From contig OZ320319.1 of assembly GCA_976226885.1 (NCBI GenBank), positions 31,186,001 to 31,250,000 on the forward strand: 64,000 nucleotides of DNA. The letters run 5' to 3'. Below, piece after piece: positions 63,681-64,000 of the stretch (its first letter is position 1; every line of letters begins with the position of its first letter). The notes below the pieces were generated by a model that had not been told where the DNA came from, made no database searches, and saw only the letters and a program-made list of their open reading frames with translations. The position numbers were made by a program, and so were the translations under genes. This stretch comes from Iphione sp. A-MEVVRFRX5 (lineage: Eukaryota).

Positions 63681-64000
63681 CTGGAGATTGAGATTGTTCG
63701 TGTGAGCAGGGGATGGGAAAAGAGTGCTAGCTGCATGTGATAAGCAATGGGTACACAACAGAAACAAAAGTGACAGCCTATATAAGCACACATTTGAACA
63801 ATCTCTGAAATGACTATTTGACAAAGACAATGGAAAATATGCACACATGATGTTTACCTACACATAACACATATACATGAACATGTATGTGTGCGTACAT
63901 GTTTGCGTACCTATCGAAACAGGATGGTTTGTGTCGTGACTGATCTGCACAAGTCACTTATGCCATAACTAACTCGGGTTTATACCAATCATGCCATCAC

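Noticed and set aside
1-64000. CRISPR array, rRNA, operons or other prokaryotic/viral systems
   Set aside because: No regularly spaced repeat-spacer units, rRNA signatures or dense long ORFs; the sequence behaves as spliced eukaryotic DNA.

Overview
Eukaryotic, intron-rich genomic DNA, probably from a marine invertebrate bilaterian (an amphioxus-like genome is my low-confidence guess from repeat style). No long ORF, rRNA, tRNA or CRISPR array is visible. The window is dominated by one plus-strand gene, rebuilt by hand from GT-AG junctions with consistent phases. It has eight coding exons (12696-12838, 53259-53487, 54848-55008, 55302-55416, 55696-55898, 56126-56264, 58104-58241, 59789-60102) encoding about 480 aa plus an unlocated first (signal-peptide) exon. 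The product is a lachesin/amalgam/DIP-like protein with three Ig domains. It ends in an acidic Ser-Gly tail resembling glycosaminoglycan attachment sites, with no GPI or transmembrane signal. A 40,420-bp intron splits Ig1 between its Cys and Trp strands. That intron holds an intact 1.33-kb TA-flanked MITE, degenerate retroelement relics, a CpG-island-like promoter patch, short periodic motif arrays and candidate cassette exons. An exon-like segment at about 57.0-57.16 kb does not fit the reading frame. Weak candidates for terminal exons of neighbouring genes lie near both window ends. I found no firmly supported new multi-gene system; the proteoglycan-like Ig protein and its splicing oddities are the best leads.
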